Part shown: in pieces, positions 62,670 through 64,000 of the stretch
Position numbering within the stretch: position 1 is the stretch's first letter
Layout: every line of letters begins with the position of its first letter
DNA from: Octopus sinensis
Taxonomy: Eukaryota
NCBI RefSeq assembly: GCF_006345805.1
Contig: NC_043003.1
Location: forward strand, 27,838,001-27,902,000
Length of the DNA stretch: 64,000 nucleotides
Direction of reading: 5' to 3'
The notes under the pieces: generated by a model
Databases searched by the model: none
Told to the model about the DNA's origin: nothing
The model's input: only the letters and a program-made list of their open reading frames with translations
Program-made: the position numbers and the translations under genes

Positions 62670-63824
62670 CATGCATGCACATATGTGACGGGCTTCTTTC
62701 AGTTTCTATTTATCAAATCCATTCAAGCAGCTTTGGTTGGTGCTGGCATATAACAGAAGACATTTCCAAAGTACCACGCAGGGGCACTGAACCCTGGGGC
62801 ATATGGTTAGGAAGCAAACATCTTAGCACATAGCCATAATTGCGAGATCTTGTGTTTACTGATAACATGTCCAGCTTCTTTTCTAATCCCAACAAACATT
62901 TTAACCCTTTAGTCTGGTCCTATGTTAAAACCGACAAGATCCAACCTCTCGCACCTATCCTACAATGTCATTCTAAAAATATACAAACACATCGTTGAAA
63001 TCTTGATGCTACAAGCAATTTGAATGAAGAAGCAGTGTATTTGACTAAGAAATCTAAATGCTAAAAGGTTTAATAATATAAAAAAACACAAAAGAGCCTA
63101 AGTATTATACCTGTGCTTAATATTATATTTTTAATATGGTTTACGTGTAGCTGTTTTGTTAAGAAATTAGCTTCCTAACTTAATAATCTTTACTTTAGAC
63201 CTATTGTGAGGTGCCTTGGACTAATGTTTTCTGTAACCTTGGGTTGACCAAAGCTTTGTGAGTGGATTGGGCAGATAGTAACTGAAATAAGCTTGAATTT
63301 GTGTATGTGTGCATGTACCACGTGTATGTTTGTGTGTATGTGTTTTTACATCACTTGGCAGTTGTATGACTGTCAAAAAAGCACTCTTGTTTGTTTCCAG
63401 TTATCATCATCATCATCATCATTTAGCATCTGCTTTCCATTGCTGGCATAGGTTTGACTGAAACTGTTAAGCTGAAGAGCTGCACCTAGATCCAGTCTGA
63501 TTTGGCATGGTTTTTATGACTGGATGCCCTTCCTAGTGCCAACTGCTCCAAGAGTGTAATGGGTGCATTTTATGTGCCATTATTTGTAAAAAAAAAAAAA
63601 AAAAAACCTGTCTGGTCATGGGGGAATATTTACCTTGCTTGGAAATAGGTGAGGGTTTTTAAAGTGGTTGTTAAACTGATGCTGATGATGATAATAATGG
63701 TAATACAAAAATATCAAGACCTTTTTTTAAAACAGTAGCCTCTTGACATTTCTCAATCCTTTGTAAAACCTCTTCACAAGAGGTTGCCACCACTTAGGTT
63801 AAGAGCTATGAGTCAAAATCTTAG

Positions 63825-64000
<176 letters not shown>

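Overview
Repeat-saturated eukaryotic DNA. The heavy microsatellite load, abundant tRNA-derived SINEs and RTE/Penelope/mariner content suggest an Octopus-like cephalopod genome; this is an inference. One clear host gene is present: cytoplasmic arginyl-tRNA synthetase (RARS1) on the + strand, with six coding exons reconstructed by hand (36199-36246, 53332-53481, 54904-55095, 57709-57798, 59818-59996, 63875 to the window end). A second, intact 104-aa single-coding-exon ORF (716-1030) resembles the ParB/Srx-fold 'Tox-ParBL1' toxin domain of bacterial Rhs proteins and is the most unusual coding feature. The rest is transposon-derived: Penelope-like elements of several families, RTE and R4/Dong LINEs, Tc1/mariner, Merlin, piggyBac-type and Helitron-type elements, a solo LTR and SINEs. 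The Penelope ends carry about ten recognisable or decayed minimal hammerhead ribozyme motifs, including a U3-A8 core variant, and form long fold-backs, one lying about 170 bp upstream of the RARS1 start codon. Nearly all long ORFs in the supplied track are microsatellite artefacts. All calls were made by eye, and repeat boundaries are approximate unless a TSD or TIR is quoted.
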